Source of the DNA: a virus
IMG/VR virus record: IMGVR_UViG_3300005265_000001
Coordinates: 32,001 to 96,000 of that record
DNA: 64,000 bases
Strand: one strand, 5' to 3'
The translations under genes and the position numbers were made by a program. The notes below the pieces were generated by a model. That model saw only the letters and a list, made by a program, of their open reading frames with translations, ran no database searches and was not told where the DNA came from. Positions 38,601-48,230 of this stretch are shown one piece after another. The stretch's first letter is position 1, and every line of letters starts with the position of its first letter.

Positions 38601-40009
38601 ATAATATTTCACTTTATTTTTCAAACATAAAGGTTGATTTTATTCCCGCTAATGCTACTTATCAAGGTTCGACGGCTGGAACTGGAAAAACAGACGCACA
38701 TGGCATTTTAAAAGGGTCATTTATGATACCAGAAGGTGTGGCGGTTGGAAAAATAAAGGTTGAAGCCAAAGATGATTTGGGATTAACGGCGTCTGCGGCA
38801 TATTATACAGCACAAGGAATGACACAAAAGAAAAACAAAACAATTTTGGGAATAACAAATTGGACAACCAAGAAAATGACTTGGACTGAATCTAAAATTA
38901 TTGCAAAACGATATGCTGATCCTCTTGCTCAAACATTTCTAACACCCGAAGAAGATTACATTTTTGTGTCTTCAATTGATTTATATTTTAAAACCAAGTC
39001 GGCAAATATTCCCGTAACTGTTCAGATTCATACAACTGATAATGGATATCCGGCGGATACTGTTTTACCAAACGCTTCAAAAACTTTATATCCAAGTGAA
39101 GTAAATATTTCAGACGATGGAAGTGCCGCAACACGCTTTACTTTTGATGACTTGGTTGTTTTACAGCCCGGAACGGAGTATTCAATAGTTATTTTGGCAA
39201 ATTCCAATGAATATTATATTTGGAAATGCACATTGGGCGGCAAAGATATTTCAAGTGGGAATCTTGTAACAAAACAACCTTATAATGGTGTATTTTTTAA
39301 ATCTCAAAATGCTTCAACATGGACAGCGGATCAAAATTCCGATTTGAAATTTAAGATAAACAGGGCAAAATTTCAAACAAGTGGAAGTTTGGTATTCAAA
39401 AATGTCAATTTGAATCAAGCCAATGGTGGATTCGGGGTATTTTCTCCAATGATTACAGATTTGGTTTTGGAGAACACCAATATCACTTATTTTTACTGTC
39501 TTGATGGAAGTGGGGCAATATGGAATCAATATGATCCCGCAAATGATGTTCAAATGAATGAACCAAAAGCCAATTTAATGATTAAGGCAGAATTTTCAAC
39601 CAATTCAGATTATGTTTCACCAATGATAAATAAAGAAAGATGTGGTGTAAATGGAATTTTGTTTAATCCAACTGGAGCCTATGTTAATTTTGAAACTAAA
39701 TTAAATAATGATTCCAATAACATAAAACTGATTGTTCAAGTAGATAAAACGGGTGTTGTTGGGGTTGATGGATTTAAACCATATTTTTCAACTTCAAAAG
39801 ATGTTTCAGTCGATCCCGGAAGTGAAACATGGGTTCCAATGACTCAAACGTCTTCAACTTATATTGATGATGGTGGGGCATTTTATGAATATTATTTTGA
39901 AAATTCTGGATTGAGTGTGTTTAATTATTTTAGAATAAAAATTGATTTGGATACAAATAATAGAGCATTTTCACCGAAATTGAGAAAATTGAGAGTAATA
40001 ACGGGGTAA
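35663..40009 (+). CDS. Large baseplate/tail protein, DUF4815/VrlC-like
   Basis: QSAELNDIQ, LARRTYDESGNY, GIFVDNF, NVNPY, DPLAQTF, WTADQNSDLKF. Confidence 0.8.
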   Translation: MSYYKRYIKPLEGPKDVVISWTGDVGTRTYYYEITVYNLDGESTSSGLISIPNCKDVLDDLNKVTLTWNKVKGAKGYRVYGRDLNSRTLIKDITNPDITSYVDNGLDSPDGTTHVPTVNRTHRLEWDELLFREGKIIQSAELNDIQGISNINLQRLGDRFYNDGDIISGAQLVTKQYKSLQITNISGDFELNELITGQTSGTSGKLVNTDNNTYIFVSDYNGSFSVGETVIGGTSGNTAVISGILDHYEAYITDGEIYLLGKIRNVEGTKNPIVLTGSGIEKIGLKYEEKIITESDDSILLDPAEGVPNYGKPGAHRLTYDFTWIKDDPNMVEVFQLKDGKQSIRRASMSELEKSLARRTYDESGNYTVTDVKLTAKNLTSSKFELWLDPMKCYVLGYELEKINPEKIEIDRTLDKQYQDDVQFQYTAPTPNFIYLGNEFISDVVNVTGIKTISDEMQSFGASAPNNQVTLNHTPVFTVDSIWSGPGETGTQFIEGSDWERNGNTVTNLTGTAQTWYINYKYNASFQKAVRTKTHETETGLDFTTTNPVTLSHSDLIKVTDCYQGAVHYSEGVDFEIDNGQTDTAYNNATITWLGGTLPTNLTLEYDYWAHTVEGDYVSADSYDVYDEILSYKGQNLRDVIDFRTNGEKPANPSVVVVDFNYYLSRVDLVYIDSNGIFNYQKGKPEFNPIRPKEKDEVLYIAEIWLPPYIYSIDDVAIAYREPKRFTMHDIHLLEHRIDQLEYYQSLNQLENEANYEPTAYNKSGIFVDNFTGHSRGDVNHPSYNCSIDEKDKEMLLSFTYEIKQLEYEPSLTSGIKTDNEKLFTLGYTEEEWLKQPFATDFINVNPYDVFEWTGVMKLTPETDFWVDTERVPDIQVDFDNNNAGWKNDGWKKYYGSWRGHWTGWHRYARNWPYHKSKQFPNGSQMRNLYVAKRTVTAIKHVPNTVTKSLGDRVVDVSIIPYIRQRPISVTCERMRPDTDNISLYFSNIKVDFIPANATYQGSTAGTGKTDAHGILKGSFMIPEGVAVGKIKVEAKDDLGLTASAAYYTAQGMTQKKNKTILGITNWTTKKMTWTESKIIAKRYADPLAQTFLTPEEDYIFVSSIDLYFKTKSANIPVTVQIHTTDNGYPADTVLPNASKTLYPSEVNISDDGSAATRFTFDDLVVLQPGTEYSIVILANSNEYYIWKCTLGGKDISSGNLVTKQPYNGVFFKSQNASTWTADQNSDLKFKINRAKFQTSGSLVFKNVNLNQANGGFGVFSPMITDLVLENTNITYFYCLDGSGAIWNQYDPANDVQMNEPKANLMIKAEFSTNSDYVSPMINKERCGVNGILFNPTGAYVNFETKLNNDSNNIKLIVQVDKTGVVGVDGFKPYFSTSKDVSVDPGSETWVPMTQTSSTYIDDGGAFYEYYFENSGLSVFNYFRIKIDLDTNNRAFSPKLRKLRVITG

Positions 40010-40012
40010 AAA

Positions 40013-40195
40013 ATGAGTCTTTATGATGTTATTCCACCCGGAGCTATAAGGGACAGAAAATCAAAAGCCATTGTTTTTGCCAAAAACGAAAATAGACAAC
40101 TAAAAAAAGAAATTGATGAATTGAAATCAATGATAAATTATTTGGTTGAAAAAATAAACAAAATGGAGAAAAATAATCATGATACAAGGCAGTGA
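40013..40195 (+). CDS. Small coiled-coil protein
   Basis: RDRKSKAIV...LKKEIDELKSMI; follows the DUF4815-like gene. Confidence 0.6.
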   Translation: MSLYDVIPPGAIRDRKSKAIVFAKNENRQLKKEIDELKSMINYLVEKINKMEKNNHDTRQ

Positions 40196-41285
40196 TTATG
40201 AAGCAATAGTTTATTCGGGAACAACACCCGATGATGCACCAACGGGGGCACAAAAAATCAATAATAATTTTAAAAAGATAACATTTTGCCCACCCGTCGA
40301 TACTTTTGCCCATTTACCAACTACAAATAATAATGCGGGTGATGTTAGAAAAACACTTGATACTGGTAAAGAATATATGTGGGATGGGGCAAATTGGGTT
40401 GATTATGAAAAAAAGATAATTGTGGATGAAATTGGAAATGCAACAATTGATACAGATACAATAGAAAAAACTTATGATCCAAGCGCACCAAGTATAAAAT
40501 ATGATATTAAGAATGATTCAATTACAAATGCTCATATCAAATCAAATGCTGGAATTGAATGGAGTAAAATATCAAAAAGTGGGTCTTCAATTAGTGATTT
40601 TGATTCAGCAAACCACAATGATTTAGATAATATTCAGGGTGGACAATTAACCGAAAGGTTCCATTTAACAAATAATGAACACGATACACTTACAACGGGT
40701 TCAAACGCAGATGGTCTTCATATTCACGATCACAAAAATCTTCAAAATATTCAAGGTGGGGCCGTAAATGATTATTATCATTTAACACACACCCAACACG
40801 ATACACTTACAACTGGGTCAAACGCAGATGGTCTTCATTTACATGACCATAAAAATTTAGAAAATTTACAGGGCGGAACTACAAATGAATATTATCATTT
40901 AACTGATAATGAACATTCTTTATTGGTTTCAAATGGATTAGCTGATAGTTTACACAAACACACACATAATACACTTGAAGGTTTGAATTTGGGAGATTAT
41001 CAGCACTTGACAGCAACCCAAAAAACCGATTTAACGGGTGGGGCAAATGCGGATGGGCAACATTTACATTCTCATGCAAATTTAACAGGTTTACAAGGCG
41101 GAGCGTCAGGTGAATTTTATCATTTAACAAGTGACCAATATACAAAATTGGGTCAAGTGTATAATTATACTCCAACTTCTTCAAGTGACGCAAATGGAAA
41201 TGTTGATGATATTGCCTATGATGGAAGTTATTTATATGTTAAAACTTCAAGCGGGTGGTTAAGAGCGGCTTTATCATCATTTTAA
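40179..41285 (+). CDS. Tail fibre-like protein with His-rich repeats
   Basis: About five repeats of H.NL..[IL]QGG...YHLT..H..LT.G.NADG.H.H; C-terminal YLYVKT..GWLRAAL. Confidence 0.7.
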   Translation: MIQGSDYEAIVYSGTTPDDAPTGAQKINNNFKKITFCPPVDTFAHLPTTNNNAGDVRKTLDTGKEYMWDGANWVDYEKKIIVDEIGNATIDTDTIEKTYDPSAPSIKYDIKNDSITNAHIKSNAGIEWSKISKSGSSISDFDSANHNDLDNIQGGQLTERFHLTNNEHDTLTTGSNADGLHIHDHKNLQNIQGGAVNDYYHLTHTQHDTLTTGSNADGLHLHDHKNLENLQGGTTNEYYHLTDNEHSLLVSNGLADSLHKHTHNTLEGLNLGDYQHLTATQKTDLTGGANADGQHLHSHANLTGLQGGASGEFYHLTSDQYTKLGQVYNYTPTSSSDANGNVDDIAYDGSYLYVKTSSGWLRAALSSF

Positions 41286-41319
41286 TTAAATTATTAAAAT
41301 AAACAAAATGGAGAAAAAC

Positions 41320-42414
41320 ATGAAAAAACTTTTAAAAATTTTTTGGGTATTTATGATTGTAATGAGTGTTGCATTTTTAGGGTGTAAACACCACCATGAT
41401 GATGACAATAATCATCCACCAATTTCGGAAAATCCGGCAAGTTATAATTATGTTGCGACAGAAGTTGGGCACCACCAACCTGGATTTTTCAGTTGTTATT
41501 GGTTAAACGGTTTGAATATGGGAACATATATGGATTATAATCATAAACATGATATGCAAGCACAGTTTTGTCGATTTGAAAATGGTAGAGTTGTAGTGAA
41601 ACGTGTTGTTCATGGAGCCGAAAGTATCTATAATTTAAGAAAAATTGATGATAATTCACTTTTTGCACCTGGGGAACAATCACATTTATTTGGAATGAAA
41701 CTTGATGGGTCTTATTGGATTATTCATCCAAAACATTTAAGAATGGGTCATTATCAAGCACAATGGTGGAATCACGATGGAATAGCTGAATGGGTAACAA
41801 CTGAAAAAGATACAATTTCAACCCAAAACAAATCACAAATTTGGATAAATGGAAAGTTGTTATATGAAACTTCTGATTTTACGTGGAAAGAGTTTGTGAT
41901 TAAGGGAAATGATTGTTATCTTGCTACTTATTTTATATGGAAACATACAGAAGGTGGGGTTCTTAAAGTTAATTTAAAAACTGGGGAACCTGATTTGTTG
42001 TATTCAGAAAGATGGACTTCATGTTATTGTATTGGATTAAATAAAAAGACAGAAAAAGTTTGGTATGCTTTAGAACATGGAAATTCAAGCACACTTTGTA
42101 AATTACCTCATGATGTTGTTCAAGATATTCCCGCAAAAGCATGGAGATTTAGGTTTATTAAAAAACCGGATCATAGTGACGGAACTTTCTTTTTAACAGC
42201 GTCAAAAAATGGATGGAGACACGGCGGGCCTTCTTATGTGTATGTTTATAATACTGAAACGGGCGTTTTTGATTTAAAAATTACAATTCCAGAGGGGGCT
42301 TCGGAACCCTGGGATATTTGTGGTTCGGATGATCCAAACGTTTTTTATCTTGTTACAAGGGATGAAAGCAAAGGAAATTTAGGTAAAATTTTCAAAATTA
42401 CACGGTCAAAGTAA
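41320..42414 (+). CDS. Lipoprotein, beta-propeller-like
   Basis: Signal MKKLLKIFWVFMIVMSVAFLG-C lipobox (track start 41308). Confidence 0.7.
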   Translation: MKKLLKIFWVFMIVMSVAFLGCKHHHDDDNNHPPISENPASYNYVATEVGHHQPGFFSCYWLNGLNMGTYMDYNHKHDMQAQFCRFENGRVVVKRVVHGAESIYNLRKIDDNSLFAPGEQSHLFGMKLDGSYWIIHPKHLRMGHYQAQWWNHDGIAEWVTTEKDTISTQNKSQIWINGKLLYETSDFTWKEFVIKGNDCYLATYFIWKHTEGGVLKVNLKTGEPDLLYSERWTSCYCIGLNKKTEKVWYALEHGNSSTLCKLPHDVVQDIPAKAWRFRFIKKPDHSDGTFFLTASKNGWRHGGPSYVYVYNTETGVFDLKITIPEGASEPWDICGSDDPNVFYLVTRDESKGNLGKIFKITRSK

Positions 42415-42432
42415 AGGAATAAACACTTTATT

Positions 42433-44595
42433 ATGGGTTGGTTAAGTGGGTTTAAAAATAGGAAATTACATACTATAAACAGTGCTTCCGGTGCTGGAAA
42501 CGGATATCAAGTTCTTATAAATGTTAGATATGGGACTGGAACAGACACCGGAAATACTGTTTTTTTAGGGGGAAAATGTAAAGAAGACTTTAGTGATATT
42601 AGATTTACTCTATTTGATGGAATTACTCAATTAAGATATAAAATAATTGAAAAAACAAATGGTGATAATGCTAAAGTTTGGGTTCAAATTATTCAAGATT
42701 TAAGTAATTATGATGTAAATATATATTTATATTATAATAATTCAAATGCTATTGATGTTTCAGATGATGATACTTTTGAAATATATGATGATTTTTCGGA
42801 TACAAGTATTTCAATAGAAAAATGGTCATATTGGAATATGATTATTGATAATGGAGTTATTAAATCAACAGATGATTCCGCCAATTTAATTAGTAAAGAA
42901 AATTTAATTAAAAAGGGTCATAATTATTTACTTGAAGCAAAAATGCAATTGGCTGGAAACTATGATTTTGATTTGAATTATTATTATGATTGGAATAATA
43001 GAATATTTTTGAGACTTAGTAATTATCCTCCTGGAACATCTCAAATATTAAAAAGAATAAACGGAACACAATCTAATCTTGGGAGTGTTGGTCCCACTGT
43101 AAATTTGAGTGAGTGGTATTTATGTCAAATAGCAAGAATCGGAACAGACTATACGTTTTATGTAAAAAGGTTATCAACATCTGATGATGGTAGTAATACA
43201 ATTTCCATAACTGATACAGAAGTAAATGATAAGGACCTTAAAGTTGTATTATTACCTTTTAAAACGGGCGATTCTTGTGATTATATATTTTTAAGAAAAT
43301 ATACAAGTCCAGAACCAACACACGGAAATTGGGGAAATGAAGAAAATGAACCATTTAGATATATAGAAATTGATGAGGGAAATGATAAAAAAATTGGAAC
43401 AATTGTAATAAATTCAGATGAACATATTCAAAGAATAACTAAAGCAAAAAATGACATAAAATTTCAAGAAGTTTTGCATGGTTCCAATTTAAATGGAGCT
43501 GAATCGGATTGGATTGAATGTAATGGAATGGAAGAGGTGTATGTAAAAACATATTTTAAAAATAGTTCTGATACAGCTAATATTAGAATTGGATTTTTGG
43601 ATTTTTCAGATGAAATAGTATATTCACCTCAATATACAATAAATAATTTGGGTCAAGCGGATAATGGTGATTGGGTTGGTGATTTGAAAATAATAAATGT
43701 GTCAGGTTATCAAAAAATACAAGTTAAATTAGTAAGTTCGCCTTCAAATGAAATAAGGGTGGAAATTGGGGGAAAACCCAATTCAGTTGATATTTCTAAA
43801 GGACATTATTTTAGAAATACTCAAAATGTAGAATATACAGCACAAACCGATACTTGTTTGAGTAAAGCACCCAATATAAACATGCAAGATAGACCTTCAG
43901 GGGCAAATGTTAAAGGTCTTGGTTATTGTATAACTGGTTATGATTCATCGGCAGGGGAATATACTAAATATTGTAATGAATATAATAAAAATACAGATAG
44001 TTGGTCCTCTAAAACGCAATGTCCAAGTCCAAGTCGAAATGATGCTTATGCAAGTAATATTTATTCTAAAATTTATATAGTTGGGGGTAGAAATTCGGCT
44101 GGTAGTGGTATTAGTGATAATGATGAATATATTCCAATAACAGATGGTTGGTCCTCTAAGACTAATTATCCACATGCTTTTGCCGGGCCACGATCCGGGG
44201 TTTTGTATAATAAAAGTTATGTCGCTGGGGAAAGTTATTGTGATATGTATGTTCTTGATAGTTGGACAACAAAAACAAACAGACCCGTAAATGAGGTTAT
44301 GTGTGGGTGTTTTGTATTAACACACTCAAAGCTATATTTAGCGGGGGGATACCATTATACAAGTAGGCATGACGAATACACACCTGATACATGGGTAAAT
44401 AAAACCGATTTACCTACACCCGCACGTGGTATTATGGACGGAACAACAATTCAAAATAAAGGGTATGTTTTGGGGGGTTATACTGGTTCAACAGAAGCTC
44501 ACGATGTAGATGAATATGATTCAGTTACTAATTCATGGGTATCAAAAAATGATTGCGCTTCTTTTGGGGCTTCAAATACAGTTATAACATTATAG
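42433..44595 (+). CDS. DUF2341-like + shared adaptor + Kelch protein
   Basis: DFSDIRFT, VWVQI, IYLYYNN; EGNDKKIG..HIQR; Kelch repeats. Confidence 0.75.
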   Translation: MGWLSGFKNRKLHTINSASGAGNGYQVLINVRYGTGTDTGNTVFLGGKCKEDFSDIRFTLFDGITQLRYKIIEKTNGDNAKVWVQIIQDLSNYDVNIYLYYNNSNAIDVSDDDTFEIYDDFSDTSISIEKWSYWNMIIDNGVIKSTDDSANLISKENLIKKGHNYLLEAKMQLAGNYDFDLNYYYDWNNRIFLRLSNYPPGTSQILKRINGTQSNLGSVGPTVNLSEWYLCQIARIGTDYTFYVKRLSTSDDGSNTISITDTEVNDKDLKVVLLPFKTGDSCDYIFLRKYTSPEPTHGNWGNEENEPFRYIEIDEGNDKKIGTIVINSDEHIQRITKAKNDIKFQEVLHGSNLNGAESDWIECNGMEEVYVKTYFKNSSDTANIRIGFLDFSDEIVYSPQYTINNLGQADNGDWVGDLKIINVSGYQKIQVKLVSSPSNEIRVEIGGKPNSVDISKGHYFRNTQNVEYTAQTDTCLSKAPNINMQDRPSGANVKGLGYCITGYDSSAGEYTKYCNEYNKNTDSWSSKTQCPSPSRNDAYASNIYSKIYIVGGRNSAGSGISDNDEYIPITDGWSSKTNYPHAFAGPRSGVLYNKSYVAGESYCDMYVLDSWTTKTNRPVNEVMCGCFVLTHSKLYLAGGYHYTSRHDEYTPDTWVNKTDLPTPARGIMDGTTIQNKGYVLGGYTGSTEAHDVDEYDSVTNSWVSKNDCASFGASNTVITL

Positions 44596-44604
44596 GTGTT
44601 TATT

Positions 44605-45918
44605 ATGAAATATATAACAATTAATAGTGGAACCGATAAAAAAGTTGCAACATTTAGAGTAGATGAAGAAGTTCATTTACAACGGTTATTATTTGATAAT
44701 GCTCCAATTTATTTAACAAATTTAACATATTCAAATGATAAAATTGGGCAAGCACTTATAAGTAAAAAAGTAGATTGCCGAAATTTGAAATATGTTATTT
44801 TTAAAGTATTATTTCCTAATACCACAGATGTTTGTGATGTTGTAATTTCATTATATAACAATAATCTTGAAAAAACCACTTATCAAACCGTTTCACTTGG
44901 AAATACTGGATATTATGATTCTGATTTAAAAATGTATGATAGTGAAATGGTTATTGTGGATGTAAAGGATTTTGATTTTGCTATTTTTAAAATTAAAACT
45001 GATATTGTAAATGAAGTTGAAATTATGGGTGGGGGAAGTAAAAATCAAGAAAGTTTTAACGGTTATGTATTTGGAGGTGGAACTGTTAATGATGCCAATA
45101 TTGATATAAAATGGTATCAACAATATTTTGTATCAGCAGATAGTTGGATTACAAAACATAATATACCTTCAACCCATTTTTCTTTTCCTTTGGATGGGCA
45201 ATTTGTTTTGGGAATAGATTTTACAACATTTGTTTTGAGTCCTGAACTTGATATGTTTTTTTATAAAACGGCTATGCCAAGTCCCGCCAGGCATTGTGTA
45301 GATGGAATGGAAATTAAAAATAATGGATTTGTAGTTGGGGGAAATGCTGGTATTGGGGCGGGATGGAATGTTATGTGTAAAGATACTGATAGTTATATTT
45401 TGGGATTGGATAGTTGGAGTGGTAGAACAGATATAAATAGTCCCGAAAGAAGATTATATGGGGCCACAAGCATTGGAAATAAAGGTTATATTATTTGTGG
45501 TCAAGCACCGTCTGGGTTTTTGAGAGATATGGAAGAATATCAAATTGATTTTTGGACAAGTAAACTTGATAAACCTTCTCCCAATGTAATTTCTAATCAT
45601 GGAGCCGGACAAATAAAAGATAAAGCCTATTTAATTGGTGGATATATGTGGGATACGGAAGTGTATAAAGATATTTATGAATTTGATCCAAGTGGAAATA
45701 CATGGACTAAAAAAACAGATATGTTAAGTCCCGCAAGAACTTCTCACGCCACAATTTCATTAAATAATGGAATTTATTTGGTTTATGGTTCAGATGGCAC
45801 AAAAATTACAAATGGAAATTATTATAATCAAACAGAATTTTATCAAAATGATACTTGGGTTTCCAAGGCCGATGCTCCGTTGCCGTTAAGGTGTCAATCC
45901 TTTGGAGATGTTTTATGA
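44605..45918 (+). CDS. Shared adaptor + Kelch protein
   Basis: YITINSGTDKKVAT..HLQR; Kelch repeats (track start 44596). Confidence 0.75.
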   Translation: MKYITINSGTDKKVATFRVDEEVHLQRLLFDNAPIYLTNLTYSNDKIGQALISKKVDCRNLKYVIFKVLFPNTTDVCDVVISLYNNNLEKTTYQTVSLGNTGYYDSDLKMYDSEMVIVDVKDFDFAIFKIKTDIVNEVEIMGGGSKNQESFNGYVFGGGTVNDANIDIKWYQQYFVSADSWITKHNIPSTHFSFPLDGQFVLGIDFTTFVLSPELDMFFYKTAMPSPARHCVDGMEIKNNGFVVGGNAGIGAGWNVMCKDTDSYILGLDSWSGRTDINSPERRLYGATSIGNKGYIICGQAPSGFLRDMEEYQIDFWTSKLDKPSPNVISNHGAGQIKDKAYLIGGYMWDTEVYKDIYEFDPSGNTWTKKTDMLSPARTSHATISLNNGIYLVYGSDGTKITNGNYYNQTEFYQNDTWVSKADAPLPLRCQSFGDVL

Positions 45919-48218
45919 AAAACTGGTTTAATGATAATTGTAAATATGAACGAAAAATAACAATAGATCACAGTAAAGTATCGGGAGATTTTTTCTTTTT
46001 TCCTTTCATACTCAAACTTGATTCCAATAATTTTGATTTTTCAAAGACAAAAACAGACGGTTCAGATATATGTTTTTCTAATTCAACCAAAGAGGTATGG
46101 TTATTTTTTCAAAAAGTTGTATATGATGTTACAAATGAAATAGGAATTTTTATTATAAATATTCCAAAATTAGATAGTGTAAATGATTTAGATATTTTTA
46201 TGTATTATGGGAACGATAATCCTGTTTATCCACCTATTGATACTAATAAACTTAATTCGTATTATCATATACATTTTCCGTGTATGGATTATTCCACAAC
46301 TTCAATAAAAGATATTTTTACAAATGAAATAATAGCAACAAAAAATGATTCAAGTCATGTTTATGAAGATGATGGATTTTTATATAAATCTCAATATTTT
46401 GATGGAAGTGGATTAGCATTGTTTGATAATCCTGACCCATTAAAAAAATCTAAATTTACTATTGAAATGTTAATAAAAATACCTGATACACCAAACAATA
46501 ATGCGTGTATAATTTCATGTGGTAGATGTGATACTGGGGGATGGTCTGTTAGAACTCAAAGTGATAAAAAAATTAAATTTAATTGGTATGATGGAAATCA
46601 ACACAATTTATATAGTTCTCCTATCACTTCTAATGAATGGCATTATATTACTTTTGTTTTAGATGGTTCAAATGCAATAGGATACATTGATGGTGTTCCG
46701 TCAGTAACGTCAGTTGCCGCAGATATAACATACGATACAAATTATCCTGATATTCAATTTGGAAAAATATTTTATTGGTCGGACCCATATTATAAAGGTC
46801 ATTTAGAAATGTTTCGATTTTCTTTTTATCCACGAAGTTCTAATTATGTTTTACAAGTTTATAATAATTTATTTGGAAATATGGTTCAGATAGGCAATGA
46901 AAATGAATATCCTACTAAGATTTATATTAAAAGAGATGAAGGAATAAATGATAAAATAGGAATATTTGAAAAAAATACAAATCAGTTAATTCAAAAATTT
47001 CAATATTTTTGGCCTAATATACAATTTACAGAAATTATGGAAGAAACAAATGTAATAAAATCTCAATCCCAATGGGTCAATTGCGATGGTCTTGAAAATT
47101 TATTTATAAAATCCTTGTTTTCTGATTTATCTGATACAAGTGTAGATATTAGAATTGTGGTAAAAGATTATAATAATTATTGGTCTTATAGCAAAAAATA
47201 TACAATAACAAATACGGGTATTTTAGATACAAATAGCCCGTATTATTTGGGTGAATTATTTAAGTTTAATGTGAGCGCAATTAAAGATTTTGGAATAAGA
47301 TTAGAATCAAGTCCAAGTGGAAATATAAAATTTGAGGTTGGGATTGACAATATATCACGATCTTTTGGAATAAATGGAGAAGAAATAGGATTATTTTTTG
47401 GGGCCGTTGCTACTTCTTATGATTATACAACAAATAGTTTTAAAAATTTAATGGAAAATACAACAAATATAAACGCTACGTCCCCCGGAGCCGGAAGAGA
47501 TGGAGATAAAAATATAGTGGCTGGATATGCAACATCATGGAACGGAAATTATGAAGCACGTGTAAATTTATATAATTCCAAATTAAATATTTGGGTTGTT
47601 AGAAACAATTTTCCTCCTCCCGCAAGAAGTTTTTTTGGTTTTACAACTAAAGTTTTAAATGGAAAATTGTATTTAACGGGTGGTTATTATTATACAGGAA
47701 GTTCAAGTGATTGTATAGAAAATTCTATTATTTCAGATGTATGGGTTTCAAAAGCTAATATACCAGAAATAAAAAATGCTCACACAAATGCGCTTGTGAA
47801 TGGAAAGATATATAATATTGCGGGAAGTGATAGCACCAAAAGTTCAGGTTTTCATGTATATGAATATACTCCAACTTCGGACACATGGGCAAATAAAACA
47901 AATATGCCACAGGGACGAAAGGAAGCGGATGGAAGTGAAATAAATGATAAAATATATATTTCGGGAGGAAGAGATCAAGATGCTGGGGTTCTTTTAAAAG
48001 ATAATTATGAATATATTCCCTCTGGGGATACATGGAACAATAAAACTGATATGCCAAGTCCAGAAAGAAGTCAAGTTCGTTCTATGCCGTTAAATAACAA
48101 ACATTATACGTTTTCGGGGCAATATTTGGCTATTTACAATCCAACAGATGATACCTGGGTTCAAAGTATGGATATAGCAACCAATAAATATTATATTGGG
48201 GTTGCAAATACGCCATAA
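45915..48218 (+). CDS. DUF2341-like + LamG-like + shared adaptor + Kelch protein
   Basis: DGSDICF, MYYGN; FTIEMLIK..WHYITFV..YIDG; Kelch repeats; ATGA overlap start. Confidence 0.75.
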   Translation: MKNWFNDNCKYERKITIDHSKVSGDFFFFPFILKLDSNNFDFSKTKTDGSDICFSNSTKEVWLFFQKVVYDVTNEIGIFIINIPKLDSVNDLDIFMYYGNDNPVYPPIDTNKLNSYYHIHFPCMDYSTTSIKDIFTNEIIATKNDSSHVYEDDGFLYKSQYFDGSGLALFDNPDPLKKSKFTIEMLIKIPDTPNNNACIISCGRCDTGGWSVRTQSDKKIKFNWYDGNQHNLYSSPITSNEWHYITFVLDGSNAIGYIDGVPSVTSVAADITYDTNYPDIQFGKIFYWSDPYYKGHLEMFRFSFYPRSSNYVLQVYNNLFGNMVQIGNENEYPTKIYIKRDEGINDKIGIFEKNTNQLIQKFQYFWPNIQFTEIMEETNVIKSQSQWVNCDGLENLFIKSLFSDLSDTSVDIRIVVKDYNNYWSYSKKYTITNTGILDTNSPYYLGELFKFNVSAIKDFGIRLESSPSGNIKFEVGIDNISRSFGINGEEIGLFFGAVATSYDYTTNSFKNLMENTTNINATSPGAGRDGDKNIVAGYATSWNGNYEARVNLYNSKLNIWVVRNNFPPPARSFFGFTTKVLNGKLYLTGGYYYTGSSSDCIENSIISDVWVSKANIPEIKNAHTNALVNGKIYNIAGSDSTKSSGFHVYEYTPTSDTWANKTNMPQGRKEADGSEINDKIYISGGRDQDAGVLLKDNYEYIPSGDTWNNKTDMPSPERSQVRSMPLNNKHYTFSGQYLAIYNPTDDTWVQSMDIATNKYYIGVANTP

Positions 48219-48230
48219 AATGAGGTAAAA

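Noticed and set aside
13283-41285. Extracellular contractile injection system or tailocin rather than phage
   Set aside because: No Afp15-like ATPase or Afp16-like cap was recognised. Dense small ORFs, early/late promoter logic and the DUF4815-like gene fit a large phage. It is not fully excluded, because head genes lie outside the window
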